A DNA stretch of 57,879 nt from Flavobacteriaceae bacterium (GCA_030830625.1 JAURMQ010000091.1:1-57879); one strand, 5' to 3'; counted from the stretch's first letter, positions 39,089 to 48,811 are shown. Numbers and translations are program-made. The notes: generated by a model not told the origin, from the sequence alone.

Positions 39089-40675
39089 ATGCAATTATTT
39101 TTAACTTTTTTAGCCTACACTTTATTGGTGGCAGGCTATTCCTGGTATAAGCTGAGAAGCGAAAAATTGACCTCACAGGAAGGCTACTTTCTTGGAGGAA
39201 GAAGCTTGACAGGGGTCGTCATAGCTGGATCCATGTTGTTGACCAATATTTCTACCGAACACTTGATCGGGATGAATGGATCCTCCTACAAAAACGGCTT
39301 TATCATTATTGCTTGGGAGGTTACTTCTGCCTTGGCACTTATCGTTACTGCCGTATATTTTGTTCCCAAATACCTCAAGATGGGATTGATGACCATTCCA
39401 CAGTTTTTGGAGGACCGATTCGATGGATTTACCCGCTCATTGGTGGCCTTTTTCTTGATGATTTCTTTTATCGTTACCCTTTTACCCATAGTCTTGTACA
39501 CAGGGGCCATCAATTTGGAAAGTATTTTTAATGTATCAGAACTGCTCGATGTATCTCAAGCCCAAGGCATGAATTATACCATTTGGGCCATTGGATTCAT
39601 AGGCTCGCTTTATGCTATTTTTGGAGGATTGAAAGCCGTTGCTGTATCGGATACCCTCAACGGTTACGGTTTGTTGGTGGGAGGCTTGGCCATTCCTTTT
39701 ATCGCATTGGAAAGCATTGGAGAGGGAAATCCTATTGAGGGATTGAGTAGGGTTTACCAAAATGCCCCCGAAAAATTCAATGTTATTGGAGCCAAAGACT
39801 CTGTACTGCCGTTTGAGGTGCTCTTTACGGGTTTGATCATCAATCAGATTTACTTTTGGTGCATGAACCAGATGATCATCCAAAGGGCGTTGGGCGCCAA
39901 AAACCTTAAAGAAGCTCAAAAAGGATTGTTGTTCACGGGATTGCTCAAGATATTGGTGCCTTTGATCATTATTTTGCCCGGGGTAATTGGTTTTTATTAT
40001 TACGGGGATTCGCTCTATGATCGCCAAGATATGATTTACCCAGAGCTCATCAAGAAGGTGCTTCCTGCGAGCTTTATTGGGCTTTTTGCTGCCATTGTAA
40101 TGGGCGCGGTATTGAGCACCTTCAACAGTGTGTTGAACAGTGCTGCTACCATATTTAGCATTGATATTTTCAAACGACATATTGACCCTGGGGTAAGCGA
40201 TACACGATTGGTCAAAATCGGAAAAATCACTTCTGCGGTTCTGGCCTTATTTGCGATTGGCGTGGCCCCCATGGTTGCCCATGCGCCCGATGGTTTATAC
40301 CAATTGCTTCAACAACTCAACGGAATTTTCTTCATCCCCATAGCTTCCATTATGTTGGCTGGATTTTTCCTGCCCAAGATTTCTGCATTGGCTGCCAAAA
40401 CTTCCCTTTTTGTAGGCTTAGCCTTTTACATGGCTTGTACCTTTATCTTTGAGGTTGATCTTCATTTTGTTCACGTTTGGGGAATTGAATTTGTCCTCAA
40501 TATGACGGTGATGGTTCTAATTTCTCACTATATTCCCAGTGAAAAACCATTTGAAATTAAAGATTTGCAAATTGTAGAAATGAAAGGGTGGAAATACACC
40601 AAGGGCTTTTCGGCTTTTTTGGTACTGACCACGCTTCTCATTTATGTCCTTTTGGGAAACTTTAGTGTATATTGA
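39089..40675 (+). CDS. sodium:solute symporter (SSF/SGLT family)
   Basis: 528 aa with about 13-14 TM segments. SSF-like blocks YFLGGRSL and GGLKAVAVSDTLNG. Confidence 0.85.
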   Translation: MQLFLTFLAYTLLVAGYSWYKLRSEKLTSQEGYFLGGRSLTGVVIAGSMLLTNISTEHLIGMNGSSYKNGFIIIAWEVTSALALIVTAVYFVPKYLKMGLMTIPQFLEDRFDGFTRSLVAFFLMISFIVTLLPIVLYTGAINLESIFNVSELLDVSQAQGMNYTIWAIGFIGSLYAIFGGLKAVAVSDTLNGYGLLVGGLAIPFIALESIGEGNPIEGLSRVYQNAPEKFNVIGAKDSVLPFEVLFTGLIINQIYFWCMNQMIIQRALGAKNLKEAQKGLLFTGLLKILVPLIIILPGVIGFYYYGDSLYDRQDMIYPELIKKVLPASFIGLFAAIVMGAVLSTFNSVLNSAATIFSIDIFKRHIDPGVSDTRLVKIGKITSAVLALFAIGVAPMVAHAPDGLYQLLQQLNGIFFIPIASIMLAGFFLPKISALAAKTSLFVGLAFYMACTFIFEVDLHFVHVWGIEFVLNMTVMVLISHYIPSEKPFEIKDLQIVEMKGWKYTKGFSAFLVLTTLLIYVLLGNFSVY

Positions 40676-40692
40676 TTTAAAAACGTACCATT

Positions 40693-41817
40693 TTGGACTC
40701 TTCCAACCTATTGGGCATTGGTATTGCAATTACCGTATCGGTATTTGTGATGTATATCGCCAAGTTCAAAAATAAAATTGTACAAAAAATTCTGTACTGG
40801 CTTCCCTCCATTCTCCTCACTTTCCTCATTCCAGGGGTGTTGTCTTTTATCTTTAATTTATCGTTGGAAAACATTGTCCTTCACGATTGGAGTAAGACGT
40901 TTATTTATCCCATTACCATTTTTTGCATCATGAGTTCCATGTCGTTGGCGCAATTGAAAATTGTAGGATTCAAGCCGTTGATGTTGTTTCTGATCGGTTC
41001 TTTTACCATTGCTATTGTTCCGGTCCTATTGTTCATGCTCTATTATTGGGGAAGCGATCAAATGGTAGAATTGTGGAAAGGTATCATTCCCATTGTAGGA
41101 AGTTGGATAGGCGGAAGCTCCAGTATGTTGGTTCTTAAAGAATATGTTGTCGTTCGCGAAGACCTTTTTCTCTCGGTATTGCTATTGGACAATATGATTC
41201 AGAATATCGTCATGATCTTTCTTTTTCAAATCATCCGCAGGACCAATTTCTTTAATCAAAAATTCAACATACCCCAATCCGTAGTTTATTCGGAAAATAT
41301 GGAGGACGAAACTACGCGGCCTAAAAACTCTTTTTGGTCGGTCTTGATTGCGATTGGCGTTACTTTCAGTGTGGTCGCTTTGGGCTTTAGCTTCATTACC
41401 AATGTCATCCTACTGTCCCTGTTGGGAATGGCTTTAGGAAATCTTCTAAAATTTTGGTCGTTTGGGATCAACCTTAAAATAGGTTCAGTGGGGATCATTC
41501 TCATCATGTCCATATTGGGACTCAAACTCAAGTTTAACGATTTTGAGTTGCCAATGATTTTGATCTTATTTATGATCAACTGGATGGTCATCAATATTTT
41601 GGTCATTGCCTATTTCAATTATAAACTAAAAATTTCAATGTCTTGGGGTCCCATCGCTATGATGGCCAATATTGGAGGCATTTCCACTTCTCCTGCACTG
41701 GCATCGGCCTACAACGAAAAACTCATGCCCCACGCAGTGGTTTTGGCCATCTTGAGTATGGCCACAGGAACTTTTTGGGGATTTTTGACAAGTTTTTTGA
41801 TTGAATTACAGCTTTGA
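40693..41817 (+). CDS. DUF819-like polytopic membrane protein
   Basis: 374 aa, about 10 TM segments, TTG start at 40693. The family call is from overall architecture and from memory. Confidence 0.5.
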   Translation: MDSSNLLGIGIAITVSVFVMYIAKFKNKIVQKILYWLPSILLTFLIPGVLSFIFNLSLENIVLHDWSKTFIYPITIFCIMSSMSLAQLKIVGFKPLMLFLIGSFTIAIVPVLLFMLYYWGSDQMVELWKGIIPIVGSWIGGSSSMLVLKEYVVVREDLFLSVLLLDNMIQNIVMIFLFQIIRRTNFFNQKFNIPQSVVYSENMEDETTRPKNSFWSVLIAIGVTFSVVALGFSFITNVILLSLLGMALGNLLKFWSFGINLKIGSVGIILIMSILGLKLKFNDFELPMILILFMINWMVINILVIAYFNYKLKISMSWGPIAMMANIGGISTSPALASAYNEKLMPHAVVLAILSMATGTFWGFLTSFLIELQL

Positions 41818-42062
41818 GTATGAGTTGCAGCAGCCAGAAAAAACAGTATTATACACAGGAAGAAGCGGAAGAAGCTTTGATCCGCTCCCAAATTCGATTC
41901 CATCAAGCTGCCTTAAGTTACTATTTGTGTGATGAATGTGCCCAATTCCACCTCACCTCTCGGGGAGAAAAACACCCGCTGCTTTCCCAACCCCAAGTGG
42001 TAGAGCGGATCAAAAATGAACAGCAGTTGCAAGATTGGTCGGATCGTCTGAGAAGAAAATAA
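41814..42062 (+). CDS. small hypothetical protein with a CxxC element
   Basis: 82 aa, overlapping the upstream stop by 4 nt. Contains YYLCDECAQFHLTS. No family recognised. Confidence 0.4.
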   Translation: MSMSCSSQKKQYYTQEEAEEALIRSQIRFHQAALSYYLCDECAQFHLTSRGEKHPLLSQPQVVERIKNEQQLQDWSDRLRRK

Positions 42063-42083
42063 AGAGCCCTTGAGCTCAACAAA

Positions 42084-42221
42084 TCACTCCTGAGACTTAG
42101 GCGTTTCCTTTTGGATTTGATTGAAGTATGCGTCCAAATGCACTTCCCAATGCATACGGTAATCGAAACCCGTTTCGAATTCTTCCTCGCACTGACTGCA
42201 TTTGATGATTTTTTGTCCCAT
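42084..42221 (-). CDS. 45-aa C2H2 zinc-finger-like miniprotein (below the ORF-track cutoff)
   Basis: Hand-translated as MGQKIIKCSQCEEEFETGFDYRMHWEVHLDAYFNQIQKETPKSQE. The C-x2-C-x12-H-x3-H spacing equals the classical C2H2 finger. Confidence 0.4.
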   Translation of the reverse strand: MGQKIIKCSQCEEEFETGFDYRMHWEVHLDAYFNQIQKETPKSQE

Positions 42222-42497
42222 AATAAAAATATAAAATTAATAAAACTTAATCGATCTGTATTGTTGTGCCAAATTTTTGTACCTAACGATGATTAAAAAA
42301 GGGTCAAAAAAGTCAAAAAATGATCCAAAATGAGTCTAAATTGTAAAAAAAATGAAAAAAAGACTCTATTTTGACCAAAAATGCCTTTTTTTAAAAGAGG
42401 TAAATTTTACATTCAGATGGTTTTTTATCTGTAATATTGAGATACTTTCCCACTGTTCATTACTATTTTTACCTTTAAACCATAGGCAACGCCAACC

Positions 42498-43283
42498 ATG
42501 ATCAAGGCTTTTTTGTTTGACTTAGACGGGGTATTTTATGTGGACGACCAAGTATTGCCCGGAGCCAATGCTGCCCTAAAATGGTTGGAAGCACAAAAGA
42601 TCCCCTTTCGTTTTATCACCAATAATACCACTTTGCCCCGGAAAAAATTATCGGAGAAATTAAACCTTTTGGGGCTTGACGTCAAAGAGAATCAATTGGT
42701 GACTGCCAACTATGCGGGGGTGCTCTTTCTTAAAAAGCTGGCGTTGAAAAGCTGCCGATTGGTGTTGACTGAATCGGCAAAAACCGATTATAAAGATTGG
42801 GACACCCAATCTGCTACCCCCCAAGCCATTGTAATAGGCGATATTGGAGAAAACTGGAACTACCCCTTGTTGAACGCATTGATGAATCAGATATTGGAGG
42901 GATCCAAACTGATTGCTTTACACAAAGGGCGCTATTTCCAAACCGAGAATGGCCTGACTCTCGACAGCGGCGCTTTTGTTGCAGCGCTGGAACACGCCAC
43001 CCAAACTACTGCTGTGGTGGTGGGTAAGCCAGAGGCTCCTTTTTTTGAATTGGCAACACAAGATTTTGACTGTAAAAGAGAAGAAATTGCCATGGTGGGC
43101 GATGACCTTATCAACGATATTGGAGGTGCACAAAAAATGGGCTACCGTTCTTTTATGGTTAAAACAGGAAAGTTCAGAGCAAGTTTGTACCAACAATCTA
43201 AGATCCGACCCGACTACCTTATTGACAGTATCGCTGACTTGAAAGAATTTATTTTAACTAATAATTTAATAAAAACATTATAA
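42498..43283 (+). CDS. HAD-IIA family hydrolase
   Basis: 261 aa. Motif I FLFDLDGV, FITNNT, and the late motif GDDLINDIGGA. Confidence 0.85.
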   Translation: MIKAFLFDLDGVFYVDDQVLPGANAALKWLEAQKIPFRFITNNTTLPRKKLSEKLNLLGLDVKENQLVTANYAGVLFLKKLALKSCRLVLTESAKTDYKDWDTQSATPQAIVIGDIGENWNYPLLNALMNQILEGSKLIALHKGRYFQTENGLTLDSGAFVAALEHATQTTAVVVGKPEAPFFELATQDFDCKREEIAMVGDDLINDIGGAQKMGYRSFMVKTGKFRASLYQQSKIRPDYLIDSIADLKEFILTNNLIKTL

Positions 43284-43287
43284 ATAA

Positions 43288-44907
43288 ATGAAAAACATTG
43301 CTTTAACATTAATTTTTGCTACACTTATTTTAGGCTGTAAACCCCCTGAGGTGTATGACGAAGACACACTCAATAAGGCACTAACAAATGCGGAATTTGC
43401 CCACGAAAGCTTTAAAAGAAGTGTAGAGTTCACCCATGCATGGCTTCAAAAAACCGATCCCCAAAGCGGATTGATCCCTTCCAATCTCGATGCCAAGTCA
43501 AACCTGTGGGATCCTGCCAATGCCGCTGCCGACAATTATCCTTTTATGGTGCTTACAGCCTATCTACTGGATCAGGAACTATTCAAGGGTCCACTGTTGG
43601 ATATGCTCCATCAGGAAAAAAAATTGACCTCTCGGGTGAATGTACTGCCCGATGTGTACTCCTTTTCCAAAAAAGATTTTGAAGAATACCCCCTCAATAT
43701 GGGGCATGTGATTTTTGGTGCTTCCGAATACATTAAAGACGGATTGATTCCTCTAAACGAATGGATTGGCCCTTCCCCTTGGCAAGACCGGATGATGGAG
43801 CTTTTGGATGAACTGCACCTTTATATTGAGGATTTCGACGCTCTGGAACAGTACTTTGAAAGAGCCTCTTCCGTGGAAGAAATCAATGGAGAAATGTTAC
43901 AGACGCTATCCCGAGTGTTTTGGATGACGGGAGATTCAAAATATTTGGATTGGGCCCTTAAAATTGCCGACAATTATTTAATCGATAACGATCTTTCCCA
44001 AATCGAATATCTCAAGCTGAGGGATCACGGCTGTGAAATCATCGGTGGGTTGAGCGAACTTTATCTTACGCTCCATCACCTCGATCATCCCAAAAAGGGG
44101 GAATACCAAACTCCGCTGTATCGACTTTTGGACCGTATTTTGGTGTATGGCAGAAATGCAGACGGTCTTTTCTACAATGCCATCAATCTGAAAACTCAAA
44201 AAGTGATAGACGATCGGATTGCAGATACTTGGGGCTATACCCTCAACGCCTATTATACCGTTTGGATGGCCGATCAAAAGGAAGAATACCTCCAAGCGGT
44301 CAAAGCACCGTTTAAAAATTTAAATCAAAAGTACCGCAGCTACAGTTGGGAACCCAATGGCAGAACTGGTCCGTTGGGAAGTCATGACGGCTATGCCGAT
44401 GCCATAGAGAGCGGAATCAATTTGTACAACCGAGAAAAGGACCCCGATTTAAGCAGTTGGATTGAAAGTGAAATAAAAGTAATGTTCGGGATGCAACAAC
44501 CCGATGGGATCATCGAAGGTTGGCATGGAGATGGGAATTTCGCCCGAACGGCTTTGATGTTCGGACTATGGAAAACCTTAGGCGCGCATGTTTTGCCGTG
44601 GAAAGAAAGCCTCAAGTTGGGGGCCATATCTACCGAAAAAGGCAATTGTTTTGTGCTCAGTAGTTCAAAAGATTGGCAAGGAAAGTTGATCTTCGACCAA
44701 ATGCGGCACAAATCCATTTTGAACCTTCCTGTGGATTATCCTAGAATCAATCAGTTTCCCGAATGGTTTACCCTAGACCCCAGCCGAGTCTATCGGATTA
44801 CTTCCTCAGATAATACCATAAACGGAAGTTATAGTGGAAAAAAATTGCTTGAAGGCATCGACTTAAATCTCTCTGCAGGAGCAATCCTCAAATTGATGAT
44901 CGAATAA
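43288..44907 (+). CDS. hypothetical lipoprotein (helix-rich, possibly alpha/alpha-toroid)
   Basis: 539 aa. Lipobox TLILGC. No motif I can assign. Confidence 0.5.
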   Translation: MKNIALTLIFATLILGCKPPEVYDEDTLNKALTNAEFAHESFKRSVEFTHAWLQKTDPQSGLIPSNLDAKSNLWDPANAAADNYPFMVLTAYLLDQELFKGPLLDMLHQEKKLTSRVNVLPDVYSFSKKDFEEYPLNMGHVIFGASEYIKDGLIPLNEWIGPSPWQDRMMELLDELHLYIEDFDALEQYFERASSVEEINGEMLQTLSRVFWMTGDSKYLDWALKIADNYLIDNDLSQIEYLKLRDHGCEIIGGLSELYLTLHHLDHPKKGEYQTPLYRLLDRILVYGRNADGLFYNAINLKTQKVIDDRIADTWGYTLNAYYTVWMADQKEEYLQAVKAPFKNLNQKYRSYSWEPNGRTGPLGSHDGYADAIESGINLYNREKDPDLSSWIESEIKVMFGMQQPDGIIEGWHGDGNFARTALMFGLWKTLGAHVLPWKESLKLGAISTEKGNCFVLSSSKDWQGKLIFDQMRHKSILNLPVDYPRINQFPEWFTLDPSRVYRITSSDNTINGSYSGKKLLEGIDLNLSAGAILKLMIE

Positions 44908-44912
44908 AAAAA

Positions 44913-44932
44913 CCCCGCTTCGAGAAGCGGGG
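44913..44932 (+). terminator. GC-rich hairpin after the lipoprotein gene
   Basis: CCCCGCTT-CGAG-AAGCGGGG (8-bp stem), starting 6 nt after the stop. It is preceded by A7 and lacks a downstream T-tract. Confidence 0.5.
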
Positions 44933-45210
44933 ACTAACAAAAACAAATAATTAATTTCCTTATCGGAAAAAAACTGTCCTATAAAGTTACAGATTGAAAG
45001 TGGTTGTAAAAAATAAAAATAAGTCCCTTCTGCTTCTTTTTTCGAAATATTAAAAAAAGGAGGACCTTTTTTAAGGGGATGCCATCAAGGGATTTTATTA
45101 TTGATAAATTGTTAGATGAGTAGAATGCCCTGCCGGCAAAAAAAAATCTATTTTTTTATTTTTCTAAAAGCCTTTTACAGTAATTTACCCAATTAAAACC
45201 ATTAATTGAT

Positions 45211-46107
45211 ATGAAACGTGCTGCTTTTTTGGTAATGCTGTGTCTGGTATGGAATGGCTGCGATACTCAGAGCAATTCTGACCAGGAGGAATGGATTTCT
45301 TTATTCAACGGAAACGATTTGTCGGATTGGACCATCAAATTTGCCAACCAAGATTTAAACGTCAACCACCGCAATACCTTTCGGGTACAAGACAGTATGA
45401 TTCGCATTGCCTATGACGAATACGATACTTTCGACAATGCCTATGCCCATCTGTATTACAAAAAACCGTATTCTTATTATAAATTGCGTTTCGATTATCG
45501 CTTTACCGGTCAACAGGTGAATGGAGGGGAAGACTGGAATGTTCGCAACAGTGGTATCATGCTGCATTCCCAATCGGCCGAAAGTAACGATTACGGTCAG
45601 TTTTTTCCAGTTTCTATCGAGATCCAACTGTTGGGTGGATTGGGCGTGGAGGACCGCACCACTGGGAATGTTTGTACCCCTGGAACTGCATTGGTAAGAA
45701 ATGGAACCGTGGATTACCGTCATTGTATTTCCTCCCGATCAAAAACCTATCACGGCGATCAGTGGGTGAGTGCAGAGGTAGTGGTATTGGGCGGTGAAAG
45801 CATTGCTCACCTCATCGAAAACGATACAGTACTAAAATACCAATTGCCCCAAATAGGCGGGGGCTTTACCCAACCCAAAATGGGAGAAAAAGATTGGACT
45901 TCTCGAGGGATAGAGGAAAGTATAGAGCATTGGACCGCCAAAGCGGGAGAAATACTCACCGAAGGGTATATCGCCCTTCAAGCGGAAAGCCACCCCATCG
46001 ATTTTAAAAACATTGAACTGCTGGACCTTTGCGGTTGCAAAGATCCCAAGGCCAAAAATTATAAATCTTATTTTGTTAAAGCGGATAATGCTCAGTGCCT
46101 TTATTGA
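45211..46107 (+). CDS. DUF1080 (3-keto-disaccharide hydrolase-like) domain protein
   Basis: 298 aa. Signal/lipobox WNGC, then WISLFNGNDLSDWT...YIALQAESHPIDFKNIEL, which is typical of DUF1080. Confidence 0.75.
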   Translation: MKRAAFLVMLCLVWNGCDTQSNSDQEEWISLFNGNDLSDWTIKFANQDLNVNHRNTFRVQDSMIRIAYDEYDTFDNAYAHLYYKKPYSYYKLRFDYRFTGQQVNGGEDWNVRNSGIMLHSQSAESNDYGQFFPVSIEIQLLGGLGVEDRTTGNVCTPGTALVRNGTVDYRHCISSRSKTYHGDQWVSAEVVVLGGESIAHLIENDTVLKYQLPQIGGGFTQPKMGEKDWTSRGIEESIEHWTAKAGEILTEGYIALQAESHPIDFKNIELLDLCGCKDPKAKNYKSYFVKADNAQCLY

Positions 46108-46351
46108 TTGGATTTTGTTTTACCGTTTTTTTAATACATTTACTATAGAATGATCCCCAAATCTGTTCTACTGCCATAAGCGGATTCTGGTTTCAGTTTT
46201 TTAGGGACATAGTAATGAGAAACGCAATGCGTAGGGGTCTCCTTTTGGGTAGGTCTAAAAAAAGCATTGGATAAGGGACTTTAAAGAGATAAAGAAATAC
46301 GCACCTCTGGATGTGAAGATATACGCCAGTTGTAACTCATTAAAGTAAAAT

Positions 46352-46798
46352 ATGAACAGAGAAAATGAATCAATATTAGACGCCTTAAATGAAACACCAA
46401 GATTGTTAAAGGAATGCATTGATGAGATTGAACCCAAACTTTATAAGAAGAAAATAATAAAAGGGAAGTGGTCAATTCACGAACATGCGACTCATATCGA
46501 GGACGATTACATCAACGGAAATTCTTATAGAATTACAGGTTCTGCTACAACCTACCAAAAGCCTTTCGGGGATTTTGAGGACAGCGGCAAGTTGATGAGG
46601 GACACCACTGCCCTTCGGATTGAACTGCACAGTCTGTCTCAGGAGCTGTACCATTTCTACATTTCGCATGCAGCGGTTTTAGTAAATCAAAACGACATTT
46701 ATTCAGAACCAACACCTATTTATTCCAACATTGAAAATGGTTTGGGATTATTTGGAGGGGATAATATTACGATTGTGGAGTCGAAGATTGAGTATTAA
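46352..46798 (+). pseudogene. apparent deletion-fusion ORF: DinB-like N-terminus joined to a DUF4249-like C-terminus
   Basis: The first ~50 aa (…GKWSIHEHATHI) resemble a DinB/DinB_2 start. The remainder (LHSLSQELYHFYIS...EPTPIYSNIENGLGLFGG) resembles the conserved C-terminal end of DUF4249 lipoproteins. Neither part is full length. Confidence 0.4.
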
Positions 46799-46943
46799 AA
46801 AGGCAATAGCTTTACTGGGGTACTACTGCGTTTGCATAAACCCTTACCGAAGTAAACCCATATCCATAAAACAAATCCTACCCTTCGCTTGGCCCTATAA
46901 GGGAACATTCCTACTTCTCAAAAATAAGATCCACACCACCAAA

Positions 46944-47948
46944 TCAATGTCCTGTATGCAGATAATGTTCTCGAATCAGGTCTTTTCCAAAATCACCTTC
47001 AAACTCTCTCCAAACCACATGTATATGATTGGCGTTGTTTTGGGAGTTGTCGTATTCGATCAAAAAGCTTTGCCCTTGAATGCGATAATAATAGGGAGTG
47101 AGTTTTTCCATTTCTCCTGCCCAGCTGAACGTTATACGGTCCCAATCTTCCTTTTCGAGCCTTTCGATTGCTTTTTGGGCCACTCCTTTTTTCATGCGGT
47201 CCAGGTGGTGGTACACGATGGTTTTCAGCAGTTCCTTTTGAGAAGGGTTCAATTGGCTGAAGGAGATACCGTTGTTTACAAAAGGCCTTACTTCAGCTTT
47301 ATTGAGGCTTAGAATATCTCCATAGGTTTTGGAGCTGATCAAGGTTGTTGACAATTGCTGGGGAGTGAGGGAATGAATCAGTTCTAACCCCAGGTTGTGA
47401 TCACTTTTCAGTATGAGTTTTCCTTTCTCTGCTCCGTCGGGAACAATACCGGGATTGGATCCCCAGAAAGCGGGGGCAAAAGCAATTTCGTTTTTTCCGA
47501 TGGTGAAATTGAGAGAGATGTGGTGTCCTTCAAACGACCAGGCCCATAGCGAATCCTGGTGTGGAGTGCCATAGAAAGCGAGGTAGTATTTGGTGGGATC
47601 TCTTTTTATGGGATTGTTTTCCACTTCCGCCAGGTAGTTTTCCAGAGCGATGATTTGTTGCATTTGGTCGTAGCCACTTTCACTCAGATAGGCCTCCAGC
47701 AAGGCATAGGTTTTTTCAACTTGATCGGCCGTCATATCAGACAAGGGCAAGCCTTCGCGCAAAAAGGAAGAATGGGGCAGGTAGTGCCAACGGGATTTGG
47801 CGGGGTCTTCCAAATCAAAAGAAACGATTTCTTTTTGAGAGGCAGTAAGACTGTTCAGCAATTCAGTCGCCAAGGGGAGGGGTTCAAAAGCATTTTGAGC
47901 CATTACACTTCCCCCTCCTAAAATACAAAGCCACAGCAATTTTTTCAT
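46944..47948 (-). CDS. DUF3500 domain protein (secreted)
   Basis: 334 aa. Signal peptide, W-W-FEGHHISLN block, and C-terminal NHIHVVWREFEGDFG. Confidence 0.7.
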   Translation of the reverse strand: MKKLLWLCILGGGSVMAQNAFEPLPLATELLNSLTASQKEIVSFDLEDPAKSRWHYLPHSSFLREGLPLSDMTADQVEKTYALLEAYLSESGYDQMQQIIALENYLAEVENNPIKRDPTKYYLAFYGTPHQDSLWAWSFEGHHISLNFTIGKNEIAFAPAFWGSNPGIVPDGAEKGKLILKSDHNLGLELIHSLTPQQLSTTLISSKTYGDILSLNKAEVRPFVNNGISFSQLNPSQKELLKTIVYHHLDRMKKGVAQKAIERLEKEDWDRITFSWAGEMEKLTPYYYRIQGQSFLIEYDNSQNNANHIHVVWREFEGDFGKDLIREHYLHTGH

Positions 47949-48319
47949 CTTAAGAATTTTTCTAAATGTAATGAAATTATGAAAGAGGCCTAAAAAATCA
48001 AATCTAACGATGAAGAGATGGGAAAGGCATAAACTACAGTTGTCTAATCTAAGCCTTGACTCCCATAATTTTTTTTAAAGGATCGATAAAATCAACAATA
48101 GCGATCCGAAAAAAATGATTTTTAATAATAGGGATAGAGAATTTTTTTATAAATTTACATACTAAATCAATACATCTTGTCCCCTTCAGAGAAGATTTGT
48201 TTCTTCCTTAAGAATACCCCGACTGCTAAAATTTTAAACTCACCAAGGGGCTTAAATACAGGTGCTGAAACAAATAATTTAAATTAACAACCATCAAATA
48301 CAATCGTTCGACTTGTGCG

Positions 48320-48724
48320 TTGGTCAACCTCTTAGACATTATAGGGGATAAGTGGTCTCTTATCATCGTGAGAGATTTATTTCAAGGTAAAAAGACATTT
48401 GGAGAGTTTTTACTATCCCCCGAAAAGATTTCTACCACTGTCTTAACCAGTAGATTAAAGTTTTTAGAAATAGGTGGAATTATCGATCACGTTTTATCCA
48501 AAAAAGATAAAAAGGTCAAATTTTATTATTTGACCGATAAAGGAATTGACCTTTTTCCTGTGATTTATGAAATGAAGTATTGGTCTGTAAAGAATCTGGA
48601 CAAAGAATGCCACCAAGTATCCCAAAAGGGGTTTAAAAATCATCAAAGCGGCACTTCAGAGGTTTTTGTTCAAACCAATCAAAACAATTACTTAGAATTG
48701 AGAAAAGAACTTCTGAACGCATAG
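48320..48724 (+). CDS. HxlR-family winged-helix transcriptional regulator (start uncertain)
   Basis: LLDIIGDKWSLIIVRDLFQGKKTFGEF is the HxlR signature. The only candidate start is TTG 48320. The frame is open upstream to a TAA at 48275-48277 without any ATG. Confidence 0.7.
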   Translation: MVNLLDIIGDKWSLIIVRDLFQGKKTFGEFLLSPEKISTTVLTSRLKFLEIGGIIDHVLSKKDKKVKFYYLTDKGIDLFPVIYEMKYWSVKNLDKECHQVSQKGFKNHQSGTSEVFVQTNQNNYLELRKELLNA

Positions 48725-48811
48725 TTTTTTTCTTTTGAGGAGATTTACCGATCTTCCACAAGTTAATCCTACCTGTCCACAAGCCCTGGCTTCGGACTTT
48801 TGCTTTTTAGT

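Noticed and set aside
42111-42296. 61-aa + strand ORF.
   Set aside because: It is antisense to the C2H2-like miniprotein ORF and runs into the A/T-rich intergenic region. No features.
46731-47312. 193-aa + strand ORF.
   Set aside because: It is antisense to the well-supported DUF3500 gene and has a low-complexity, non-protein-like composition.
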